The translations under genes were made by a program, and so were the position numbers. A model generated the notes under the pieces. That model worked only from the letters and a program-made list of their open reading frames with translations. It was not told the origin of the DNA and ran no database searches. A stretch of 16,836 nt of DNA from Ginkgo biloba (lineage: Eukaryota; Plantae; Ginkgophyta), in the NCBI GenBank assembly GCA_024626585.2, contig JANKJI020000002.1, positions 137,248,784 through 137,265,619 of the forward strand. The letters are read 5' to 3'. This document shows, in pieces, positions 1 to 10,807 of this stretch (positions within the stretch are counted from its first letter, which is position 1; each line of letters starts with the position of its first letter).

Positions 1-1177
1 GTTTATTTATTGTCTTACTATGGAAGCTAATATTTATTAACATAATTAATATATTTCATTTTTTCAAATAGAAATTTGAAATAATTATTTTTGTTGTTGA
101 TTAGTTTGAAAGTGGTGATGTGAATATTTTTTTTTCTTATCTCGAGTGTTGGAAGAACAATCAAAATTATGAAATTATCTAACCTACTGAAGTATGCAAG
201 GAATGTTTAATATTTATGTGCTCCAAGATTTCATAACAAATATTTTAAAATTCTACATCATCATGCAACTCTTGCCAAAAAAATTGATATTAAATATTTT
301 AACATACTTATGTACTACAAGATTTGATAGTACAAATTTTAAAATTCTAGATTATCATTGCATCTCTTGCCATGTTTTCAAAATATTTAATATAAAAGCT
401 CTCTTTGGCAAAATATGGTTAAAAAAATTGAATTATATAAATGTATATCCTGCCATGTATGTTTGTCTTGATGATTTCAAATGTAAGGCAATAATAGATT
501 TGATTATATAGAACAGATTGCCACCTTGAAAAACATTAGCATGTTATAATATATGTTCTTCAATTGAAAAGACTTGAAGATTAGAACGATCATTAAAATA
601 ATATTATATACAAAGAATATAATTTTGTTACAATGCCAAATAAGCTACTAATGTTAATGTGATATGATTTAAAATAACAAAAAAGTATTGTGCAAGAATT
701 TTTGGTGATACATACCCCACAACAAATGCAATTTTAAAATCATACAAAAGTTGCTAATGAGAAATGAAATCATCAAATTATAGAAAAATAAAAGTTTTTA
801 ACTGTAAGTATGCCACTCATATCTGCCATCCCTCGCATTTTGACCATGCCTTTCAATTTTGTCTATCCAATGGCAAACATTCTACAAGAAACTAATATGG
901 CTATGGGCATTCAGATTTACGACGCTATAAACTCCAAGCATGGAGGCTAAATTCAAACATGAATAAGGCAATAAGAGGTAAGGAATTCATGTAACAACCT
1001 TCTTATGGGAAAGTTGGTACATTGATCTAGTAATCAATCTAACGTTATTATTTCATGTTAACTCCCAATTGGCACTCATTATTTTGCTATCGACATTCAT
1101 TGTGCTTTTGTAATATTGATTACTATAGCTCTCATTAATTCTCTATCTACTCGCATTGCTTCGCTATCAACATTTCT

Positions 1178-1197
1178 TTGTGTGTGTATATATATAT
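1178..1197. repeat. Compound (TG)n(TA)n microsatellite
   Basis: TGTGTGTGTG followed by TATATATATA, read directly. Confidence 0.7.
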
Positions 1198-1545
1198 CAT
1201 AGTATAGCTAGATATAGATAACTAAGCAAGTATTATGTAGATCATAGTTGAATATTGAATACTTCATAATTAAGCATTCATTCAATCCAAATATTGATTA
1301 GACTATTATTAAATATTTATCCAACCTAAGTTAAATTTGAATTTCAAATCTATTACATTATAGTTTTTGGTTGTGGATTTCAAATCAATTATTTATATAT
1401 AATAGTTGATTTGATCATTTTCTATTTATTTTTTAGGTTAAATTGNNNNNNNNNNNNNNNNNNNNNNNNNNNNNNNNNNNNNNNNNNNNNNNNNNNNNNN
1501 NNNNNNNNNNNNNNNNNNNNNNNNNNNNNNNNNNNNNNNNNNNNN

Positions 1546-2340
1546 GTAAATTCTTTGAACACTTATGGAAAGTGTTGTTGGAACCCCAAAATATGCCAAT
1601 TTACTTGGTCATGGTTGCACCATAGTATGGATACTAGAGAATGCCTCTCCTGAATGGGTTTTGGATCTCCTAACTTCCCTTTGTATGGTAATCTTGAAAT
1701 AATTAAACATATTTTTTGGTATTATTTATGGGCTAAATTGCTATGGGACTAGGTTTGTATATTCTCTACTAGCATGGTTGTTAATATATTTGGATAGGAG
1801 TCTTCTCTCTTGGGGGATACATCCCTATGGTCTATTACTTTTGGTGTAGGGTAGAAAATCCTTTGGGTGGAGTTCTTAGCCCAAATTTTATAAATAATAA
1901 ATGAGGTTGTCTTCAACACTAGGCCTAGTAGTTGTTTATCCAACATTATCATTTGTCATATCCTTACAAATTATGTTATGTAGATTAAGGTCCAATAAGA
2001 AATGATATAGTTGGATATCTAAAATTTTCTTGAGTTGATTGATCATTAGGGATCAACCCCCTGTACTACTAGTTGGGTTCCCCTAGAGCCATCTCCTCCA
2101 CCTCATAATGATTTTAGTTGTAGTAGGAACAAGGCTCATAAAAATATAGGCTCCATAGTGCTCATACATGAATGGAGATGAAGTAGTCATACCAATAGAT
2201 AGAGAAACCATATAGAGACTTGTCTCACTTCCTACCTCCTAAGGTGAATATCAAGTTTATCTCAATAATAGGTGGTATAAACACGAATATTTTAAAATAA
2301 TATTCCCTTTCCAACTATTTATAATTTACTCATTTCTTAT
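1546..2340. mobile_element. Possible highly decayed retrotransposon fragment
   Basis: CpG-depleted, TAG/CTA-rich sequence next to a gap, compositionally distinct from the AT-rich flanks; no diagnostic motif identified. Confidence 0.25.
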
Positions 2341-3438
2341 AATTAGTAGTATTTAGTTGGTAGGATAGGAATTATGGTAAGAAATATTTTATTCAATGGT
2401 GAAAATCAAAGAAAATTAACATCTAATTCTTTAAATAAGAAGTCGAAATATTATCAATTAATCTTACTAGGGAAGGATGGTGAGCATGTGATAATAGGTC
2501 AAGTATATCTCCCTGTATGAATTTGAATCCAAACTCCAAATAAAAAATGGAAAACACTGTTACTTTAAGTAGTGAATGTTTGGTGATAATATCCTATATT
2601 ACATAATTCTATCAATTAAATAAATATTCTTTAATTTATCTTAGCATTCCTCATATAATTTTAGATGAAAAAGAACGAAACATATTAATTCTAGTGGTAT
2701 GTATAAAATATTTTCATTAAAAAATTAGAAAATTATTTTCCAAGTAAATACAAATAACCAAATGCTAAAACTTATATGGTTGTATAGGATATTATATACG
2801 GATATGTTGGACTATATTACTATCTAGAAAAATTCATAATAGAATGTTGTAGGAATTATAATAATACTATATGCAATTATAATATTAACAAGAATAATTT
2901 TCACTTTAGAATTAGTCTTTATGTGATTGATTTAAAACATTAAGTAGTTTTATGATCTTTATAAAACTCTAGATTGTATATTTTTATATTAGTTTTGATA
3001 GATCTAACATATTACCATAAGCTTGATGGTCTGAGTAATTGTTATAAATTTTTTTTTATCAATCAGATTCATTATAACTATTAGAGCATCGTTGGTCTCT
3101 TACTACTTTGTACATAGCAATAGATTTACACTTTCATTTCTCCTTTAACTATGACAGGACCAACCATCATGTGTCACTCATTAATAGTACTATGCATTAC
3201 ATTGGTATAACAATTATTTTTAGCAAAAAGTATTAAACAATTGAAAAAATGGGGAACTTTCTTTCACTTCATTTTTGCTTTGACCACGTGCAAGCTAGTC
3301 ACTATTTGAATTGCACACAATTGACTATACAACTTAAACACTTGGTATGCAAAAGAAAAGAAAAACCCTATGGCTAAAGTATGATGAATAGATTTGTAAG
3401 GGCAATTTGAATCCAATGAGTCCGTTATTGTAGCTGGG

Positions 3439-3541
3439 GATTAATCAAAATCGTTTGAACCTGGGAAACTAGGATTGCTAGTAATTAGTGTCATTGCTAG
3501 AGATTAATCAAGATTGTTTGAAGATTAGGAACTAGGATTGC
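3439..3541. repeat. Imperfect direct duplication, period 63 bp
   Basis: GATTAATCAA...GTTTGAA...ACTAGGATTGC starting at 3439 and again at 3502. Confidence 0.75.
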
Positions 3542-3839
3542 AATTAAATAGCATTACACTTGCACACAAGAAAAAAAGAAAAGAAAACTCACAACCATTG
3601 TTTCTATCATACTCCAGCATGCACACTGTCAGGAAACATGATCATATACATTAGTACACTAAAGATCACAAAAACACAATCATATTATAAAACCAAATGA
3701 AACCTGCACTTGGAATCACTGTCTTAAGGGCTAAACCCCCTAAAAGGGTACATCCACCTCGCAGGTGTGGGTTTCTTTACAAGAATGGAACTGGAGACTT
3801 TGTGGGATGCAGCCAAGAGTCTTCCTCTTCAGTCTGGAC

Positions 3840-4030
3840 CTATGCATCAAAACCAGAATAGACCCCTTGATCTCTCAAAAGCCTCTTCTCTTCTTCTACA
3901 TAGTTTTTCCCTCGGCTGGCCTGTCCAAGGTCCCTTTTCCTCTTCTCTTTCTGTGAGAAAGAGAGAGCTTTGCAAGCTCTTTTCTCTGTTTCTTCATAAA
4001 ATTACGCTCTGCAATTCCCTGTGCAGCAGA
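3840..4030 (-). CDS. Terminal coding exon 3 (SAAQGIAERNFMKKQRKELAK.[frameshift].FSQKEKRKRDLGQASRGKNYVEEEKRLLRDQGVYSGFDA*)
   Basis: Acceptor TCATTTGCAG| (AG at 4032-4031); conserved C-terminal motif ending at TAG 3842-3840. The exon is 191 nt, not a multiple of 3, and its 5' and 3' halves are in different frames. It is absent from the ORF track for that reason. Confidence 0.85.
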
Positions 4031-7000
4031 CTGCAAATGATAGCCATGACATCAGATAAGATAAACACATAAATGGATTCAAAGAAGTATGTTACCACCA
4101 GCAAGATAATCCTCATTCCAATTAGTGCTTCCCCTATAGTGCCTACATTATTTCCCTCTAGTACACAACTATTTCAAGCATCATTTCAGCATGCAACAAG
4201 ATCTCACTTGCCTAAATGTCCTATTTTGTGTGTCATTTCTATAATTCGCTATTTGCATTAAGATATGACATCAATGCTTTCGGAGCAGACGAACAGAATG
4301 CATAAGTAACAACTAAAAGAACTTTATGCAAAACCTCCACAGCCCATAAGACAAGCATGCACACCTTGTAGTGATCGTTGAGCAGGCAGTGGGAGTCACA
4401 GAATAACAAAATGGTTTTCCCTTAGCACATTATCAAATGGAAGCAATCTCTAGTGGAAGATTCCACTTGGTAGCATCCAAAATTTATTCAATAACAATTT
4501 AAAAAATATCTATGACCAATAAGTATATTATGCAAAGATTTGGTTATAAAGGTAAACATAGGTTTTACATCTTCCTAGAAGAAAAAATACCAAAAATCAT
4601 GAGTTTTAACCATTATATGCATACTTGGAAAAATAGAGCTTAGATGCTTAATTAACATTGTGTAAGTTTTTTTATACGAGTCTTTCAAATTAAATTTTTG
4701 CTAAAATTCCTCCCAGGTAGCTCATGTCAAGGAATTAGTTTTTAATAACTAGTTGGAAGATTTCAATCCCTTATTATGCTAATATAAATTTGAGCAACAT
4801 CTTTGTTCTGCTAACTTTTCATTTTCTTTATTATTCACCCACCATGGGCTACTGTCTGTTCAACAAAAATGTGGAAGGTATTTATCGAAAAACTTAGCTT
4901 TCATGATTTCTCAAGATCTCCATAAATATTTAAATATAGTTTATCCCTCTACCTACACTTTAAAATATCTAATTATAAGATCAACAAGTTCCATACTATC
5001 GAACGGGAAACTAATGCAAGTCAGCCGAAGCTCAAACTGACACTGACGAAGTAAATCATGGATAGATGTCAGCGAAAGATGAAAGACATCGACAGATCTG
5101 TTAGTTCGAAGAATTCCACAAGGTTCACTGACATCAACGATGGCACTCCATCAACATCGACCAAGGATTTTGTTGGATCTTACCGACATGACTGTCGGTT
5201 GTAACTTCTGTAATAGTTATCTAACCATTTGCATATTGTATTTATAGACATTATAGGACAAAAGGTAGCTAACTAGTAGTAGCTCTGGTTTTGTATAGAA
5301 TGTAAGNNNNNNNNNNNNNNNNNNNNNNNNNNNNNNNNNNNNNNNNNNNNNNNNNNNNNNNNNNNNNNNNNNNNNNNNNNNNNNNNNNNNNNNNNNNNNN
5401 NNNNNNCATGTTCGTTCTTTTACTGTGCTTAGGGAACGGTGCACTAACTCAGACTACTAGGTCTAACACCACTTATGCACCACCTTCCATTGATATGGCA
5501 AGATGGAAACCATTATTGTCAATATAATTTTCCAAGGCTGACCAAGCAGAAAGCAAGAAGTCGGCGGCTGACATCCGCCCAATTTGTCTTGTCCCACCTC
5601 ATGCAAACCCCCCATTTATCCAGCCTGCTATGTTCCTATTTTGGTCATGTTTTTGTTTTGTTCCTTCCACATTCAAGGAGGGCAGTGATAAGCACTACGA
5701 AGATCTAGCAAAGGCAATCAATGGAGAAGCACAAGGAGGGCCAGTGTGCATCAAGCCCTCAATTGACAGAAGGGTACGTCATGTCCAATTAACTTTGCAA
5801 GAGAGTCAGTTTCCTGCTCATAGGCTGCACTCCATCCATATTTTAGCAAATGTGAACATCCAACAAATAAAGCAATCCTAAAACGCTCAATGGTAGTTGG
5901 AAGACTGGATTTTGGATTTCTGGGATCAACAAACTTTGTTCCAGTGACATGTGGGAAAACCAATTTAGGTTGTCCCAAGCACAACACTTCATTTACTATT
6001 GAGCATTATATTATTTTGTGTAAGGGAAACACAAAATACTATACAATTCACACTGAAACGGGCTTCTGAATGATTGTCTACCAGACAGCTGTTACAGTTC
6101 TACATTGCATTCCAACATTCATTTCTAGTACAGGATCCTATTGTCTTCCAGAGCATACATCATGTATCATGTCAAGGAAACTATTAGACCTTAGTATATT
6201 AACTTGGCTTGGACACCTCAACCAGTTTAATTAACAACTGAATGAAGTAATAAGTTTCTATGAAGTTCAAAGCATAACCTGCAGAAGGAATTGCATTTGT
6301 GATGATGGTGTACCAAGTTGGCATCCCTTCACAGAGTTGATCTTTGAAATCTCACACATGACTCCACCATTTTGAAGATCTCCATTAAAAAGGAGTGAAA
6401 AAGGACATGAGTGGAATAATGAAATGTCGAGTGAGTTGAAAATTTAACCTCTCTTCAGAGCCACAATTGTCAGAAGCATCAACAAGTTAAGAGATTCAAC
6501 TTAAACAGAACATATGCTCAAGAATAGTCAGGCCATTTGCTATGGTTATAACTTTTTGTGATTGAGGCTTCCTTGGTCTGAAATATTTGTGTCATGTCTT
6601 ATGATTTTTTGGGATTGAGGCTTCCTTGGTCTGAAACATTTGTGTCGTGTCTTATGAAGCAAGGAGGAAACCAGTTAACCAGATTCATATATACAATAGA
6701 TTGAAGAAAGATAATTCTGTTATCAAATCAAATGAAATTCCAACTGGGCTATGAGTTAGTGCTCGCAAAATGCTAGATGTTGTTAGCATTTGCCGAATTC
6801 ACCACCTGGGTAACTACCTAAGCAATTTAGTTGGTGATCATGAAATTTGATTGCTGCATTTCCTGACTGCACTGTCATTTCACTCCTTCACAGCCATAAC
6901 ATGCCTTGGGAGGTTTCTTGATATGCGAGCATGANNNNNNNNNNTTGCTCCCTCACAGACATAACCCCCACCTTAGGAGGTTTCTTAATATATTACAATG

Positions 7001-10000
7001 ATATGATGCTGCAAAAGGACATAGATCTCCAGACACTTCCTGCAGCAGAGACACTTCAAGCAAGACAGGAAAATTTTCCTAGTTGCACAGGGAGAGATAT
7101 GAAGGATAAAATCATAAAATGGATAGAAGGGCCCAACATAATCAATTTAGGAATTCAAAGTCACTCTAAAATGAATATTGCATGTACCAGAACTGTATGA
7201 GCAATAAAAGGAATGAATACCACCACTTGGAGGATCCAAAACTCTGGAATTAAATGTCAGGACAATGAGTCCAGACGAAAACTTGTTCTCTACCAGTGAC
7301 AATAAAGAATGCCTCAAAGCTTCACATATCGAGGACAATTGGATAGGTATGATTGATTACCCTCAGGTGATTACACTCAGCAGACAACTTAGCAGTCAAG
7401 AATGTATTTCTTCCATGATTCATGAAGGTAGCAAAAATTTAGTTCTTCGCCTTCACTCATGTAATTCACATGACCTTAATGCCCCTTGAATTCCTCCTAG
7501 TAAAGCGGCCATCGTTCAACTCAAGCCTTTGACTTTAAAAGCACACCTTCAAACTTTCACTTGATCTGATTTCCATATAATGTGCCTTAGATACGAGGAT
7601 AATTAAGAAACCTTAAATTTGCTGAACAGAAGCCAAGGAGAAATCAATGTTACAATCAGACAAACAGGTGATTATAACCTGGGATGACTAAAGTGTTGTT
7701 TCTACTAAGCTGGACAAAAATGTCCTTGCATCAGGAGCAAAAAAATCAATCTATATTAGAAACTATGCCCAATCCCAATACCCTATACATGCAGAATAAA
7801 AAATGGTTCTTCCACACATAATTGATTGGGCCAAACAAGCAGAAAAGACACCTAACAACAGCACAAAAACATTGGGTCGCTGAATATCCAGATTGCACCC
7901 TAGAAGTTGCTTTACGAAAGGGAAGAAACAAGCTCATCAAATTCTACAAAGTGAAAGAAACTGGAGAAGATGCAACACACCTATGGACGAGGGATAAGAA
8001 AGCAATAATTAAAGGAGAAAGAAATAAACTCCGAGCACACACACCCGACTCTAGGGGATGTCCCAAGCTTAGGTACTTCTGTATATGAATGGGCTGTACT
8101 GGGTCTGTCCAAGCCTTATACCCAAGAGCTGGGCAGTCACATCCACATAAAAATTGAATGAGAAAATAAAAACAACAAAAAACAAGTTCTAGATGTCAAA
8201 AAAGAGGGCTAAAAAAGGATCAAGTGTAAGCATTGTGGTTATGAACAGTCGGGGTGCTATTTGAGGATGGAAGCCCATTTGTTGTGTGCGCCAGATTATG
8301 GTTTTGACACGTACAATAAAGCAAAAGAAGATACACTGATATTGCACAATTATGCAAAGATGCAAAATGCAAAAGAAAGCATCCTAGATCCCTTGATAAA
8401 GGCATTTGCTCCATCTTGGAGGTACTGTTGCATCTTCTTCCAATTTTCCTTCCTTTGCCATCCACCTCAGAAAACACATCAGCAATCTCTATCCATGGCC
8501 CTGCTGAAACATTGCCTGTGGGATAACATTTAATGTGGCCTGTTGACCTTTTTCTTAAAAGATGGTGCAGGCAATCAGTGATGGCCTGAAAATTACAAAG
8601 CCTTGCATATGGCAAGCTTCCAAAATCACATTAAACAAGGAAAAAGATGGTGCATGCATGCATTTGACAATGCATATGAAAAGCCCTTGCCATTGATTGT
8701 TCATGTATGNNNNNNNNNNNNNNNNNNNNNNNNNNNNNNNNNNNNNNNNNNNNNNNNNNNNNNNNNNNNNNNNNNNNNNNNNNNNNNNNNNNNNNNNNNN
8801 NNNNNNNNNNNNNNNNNNNNNNNNNNNNNNNNNNNNNNNNNNNNNNNNNNNNNNNNNNNNNNNNNNNNNNNNNNNNNNNNNNNNNNNNNNNNNNNNNNNN
8901 NNNNNNNNNNNNNNNNNNNNNNNNNNNNNNNNNNNNNNNNNNNNNNNNNNNNNNNNNNNNNNNNNNNNNNNNNNNNNNNNNNNNNNNNNNNNNNNNNNNN
9001 NNNNNNNNNNNNNNNNNNNNNNNNNNNNNNNNNNNNNNNNNNNNNNNCAGTACATGTCTAAATCGGAAAAGTTCCATTTAGAGATTAGGGTTTTATCTAT
9101 CTAAGCTAGGCACTCAACCCTAGGCCTATATAAGAAGGCTAGGTGTTGGATTTTATGTATTATTCAGCATTCATGTTTTGGAGAGCATTTCCTCAAAAGG
9201 TGGCGGCCTCAAAGACAGCGCTCAAGCTATGTTTTCATCATTATTAATTGATGGATTTTTTATGATGAAGTAAGCCTATGTTTACAATGATAATGCCATG
9301 TGATTGCAGTGATATTCTTTCATGTTTGCAGATGAATTAAGGCAATTTTCATATTGTATAGTTGGTTGTTTTATAACTGTTTACAACCATGTTTCTTGCT
9401 ATCCTTTATGGTTGTACCATTCATAATAAATACTGAGTGTTGGTACATTGATCAAGCATTGAAATTTGATTTTCTTGTGGAAAAATTAGAATGTTTTAGT
9501 TTACTGACTGTTCATAGCTGATATGTACCTCGTTTGATCATATTTAATGTGTTGAAATGTTGACAAGATGTGGTTTAATGATGTCTGAAGTTTGACTAAC
9601 TTTTATGGTGTTTAAAGTCAAGATTTTCATAAGTATTCAAGTCATGTTTTGGAGATTTCTACAAGAGCACACCTCTTACATTTAAAAGAAATGGACATTT
9701 CATGATTTTGGTCAGCTATCAAAAACAGCAATACATTAAAAGAACAGAAAAAAATACACAGATAGAACCAGACTCTGTGTATCAGCAAATTAAAAACAGT
9801 TATGACTTACCAATGTTGCACCCTCGCTGACAGCACGCCTTGTCCTTTCCCGCTCTTCATAGGACTCTTCTTCTTGCTTATTGTCACTGTCACCTTTCCG
9901 CTTTCCTGCTGACCAAGACCAATCTTGTTCCCCGGGTTCTTTTGGTCTCGGAGGAGGAACTTTCAACACTGAAGGCCCACCATAGTACCCATGCCTACTT

Positions 10001-10807
10001 AAAGCTTCATAGTCTATAGTAGGCTTTCTTCCATCTGCTTCATTTTTTCCTGATATGCAAAACAAGATCATAGATTGTGTTCTTGATAATTTGCAACCCA
10101 TTTCAAAAGCATATTGAACGACAATTTGAATAATCAGTCACCAAATAAACCTCAACATGGAAAACATATTGTATTCAGGTGACAGTATTATGCAAAAAAA
10201 TAGATATTTTGCAACATCTACAGCTGAAGCAAAGCACGAATTCAGTGGATGTAGTAATTTTCTTGCTACAATTGGGACGAGCAGAGCCCACTAGCTATAG
10301 CTACGAACGGTAGGTCATAACCGTCCATACCCATTAGTTATTGAGATAAATACTGTGAAGACAACTCTAGTTATTGAACGACATTATATCTAACATAATT
10401 GCCGTGGAAAGGGCAAAAAGTCCTTTGTCAGGTGGTTGGTGCGTGACAGTTGCCAACTCTCGGGCATAATCTTAGATCCAATTGAGAAAATTTGAATTGC
10501 GCACACAACATAAGACCTGTAAGTAATGACCCGCATAACCCACAAATGGAAACTCGGACATCTATCAGCTTGATCCTAGAGGGGTTCGTTTTCACTATGA
10601 GAAGGTTTGCGATGATCTATTAAGAATATTAAACTTACTTGCAGAAGTTTTTCCTCCTTGAGCAGATTGGCTACTTGCTTTCTTATTTTGCTCGTTCTCT
10701 TTTGCTCGATCATCATTATCTGAACCAGAACTCGAAGAATCCTCATCATCTTCGCTGGAAAGGGAAGATAGAGGATCCATGGCGTTCCATGGCCGTGGTC
10801 CTTTCAT
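3840..10807 (-). CDS. Spliced gene, join(10807..10639,10049..9811,4030..3840): conserved plant protein of unknown function (~200 aa; acidic/Ser-rich N-terminus, basic C-terminus); apparent frameshift in exon 3
   Basis: Three exons joined by GT-AG introns with matching phases (intron 10638-10050, phase 1; intron 9810-4031, phase 0). The translation contains MKGPRPW, DYEALSRHGYYGGPSVLKVPPP, QDWSWSAGK, EESYEERERTR and FSQKEKRKRDLGQASRGKNYVEEEKRLLRDQGVYSGFDA*. I recognise these from memory as motifs of a conserved uncharacterised plant family, some members annotated UPF0690/C1orf52-homolog (not verified by search). Confidence 0.88.
4980..5986. mobile_element. Possible retroelement/LTR fragment spanning the 5307-5406 gap
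   Basis: Abrupt compositional shift (more GC and CpG, recurrent C/T-GAC motifs) either side of an assembly gap, ending in ...CAACA at ~5986 (TGTTG on the minus strand). No protein motif recognised. Confidence 0.3.
6553..6657. repeat. Near-perfect tandem duplication, period 53 bp
   Basis: GATTGAGGCTTCCTTGGTCTGAAA(T/C)ATTTGTGTC(A/G)TGTCTTATGA at 6560 and 6613. Confidence 0.9.
6883..6991. repeat. Imperfect ~42-bp direct repeat flanking a 10-N gap
   Basis: CTCCTTCACAGCCATAAC...CCTTGGGAGGTTTCTTGATAT (6883-6924) versus CTCCCTCACAGACATAAC...CCTTAGGAGGTTTCTTAATAT (6948-6991). Confidence 0.7.
8200..8620 (+). mobile_element. Degenerate hAT-superfamily DNA transposase fragment (BED zinc finger plus downstream GIxFN/YK motif) inside intron 2
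   Basis: From ~8213: KRIKCKHCGYEQSGCYLRMEAHLLCAPDYGF, matching a BED-type CxxC...H pattern (plant hAT consensus ~W.C..C....GSY.RVKAHLL). From 8511 in another frame: IACGITFNVAC*PFS*KMVQAISDG, then PENYKAL/AYGKL, matching the hAT motif ACGIPFNVARSP...MV.AI..GP.GYK.PSY.KL. Stops, frameshifts and an internal deletion are present. Confidence 0.85.
8710..9047. other. Assembly gap (338 N); other gaps at 1446-1545, 5307-5406, 6935-6944, 11005-11014, 12595-12694 and 14408-14507
   Basis: N runs in the sequence. The 100-N and 10-N runs are probably placeholder sizes, so distances across them are uncertain. Confidence 0.99.
9048..9680 (+). mobile_element. Probable LTR (solo-LTR or fragment) within intron 2
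   Basis: TATA-like CCTATATAAG near 9125-9134, followed by a T-rich U5-like tract ending in ...TTACA at 9680. It abuts a 338-N gap. No TSD confirmed. Confidence 0.45.
9811..10049 (-). CDS. Coding exon 2 ((R)KNEADGRKPTIDYEALSRHGYYGGPSVLKVPPP...QDWSWSAGK...EESYEERERTRRAVSEGATL)
   Basis: Acceptor TTTTGCATATCAG| (AG at 10051-10050); donor TTG|GTAAGT at 9810; 239 nt, consistent with phase 1 in and phase 0 out; lies within ORF 9790..10101(-). Confidence 0.92.
10639..10807 (-). CDS. Coding exon 1 of the uncharacterised gene (MKGPRPWNAMDPLSSLSSEDDEDSSSSGSD...GGKTSA)
   Basis: ATG at 10807-10805; 169 nt (56 codons + 1); donor A|GTAAGT at 10638; lies within ORF 10595..10882(-). Confidence 0.87.

Noticed and set aside
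194-511. 105-aa ORF
   Set aside because: I/K/F/L/Y-rich translation typical of random AT-rich DNA, with no motif.
3765-4072. + strand ORFs 3765..3956 and 3767..4072
   Set aside because: They are antisense to the real terminal exon and have no recognisable motifs.
4717-4770. tRNA/SINE-like A box (TAGCTCA) and B box (TTCAATCCC)
   Set aside because: Both boxes are degenerate and no cloverleaf stems can be formed; at most an unrecognisable SINE remnant.
5475-8088. Assorted 60-90 aa intronic ORFs
   Set aside because: No recognisable domains, overlapping on both strands, and of lengths expected by chance.
8555-9104. Long ORFs spanning N runs (also 1411-1653, 5217-5444, 12496-12847)
   Set aside because: Artefacts of translating through assembly gaps.
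10050-10638. Intronic snoRNA in the CpG-rich intron 1
   Set aside because: No C-box (RTGATGA) paired with a D-box was found on the sense strand, and H/ACA structure cannot be supported by eye.
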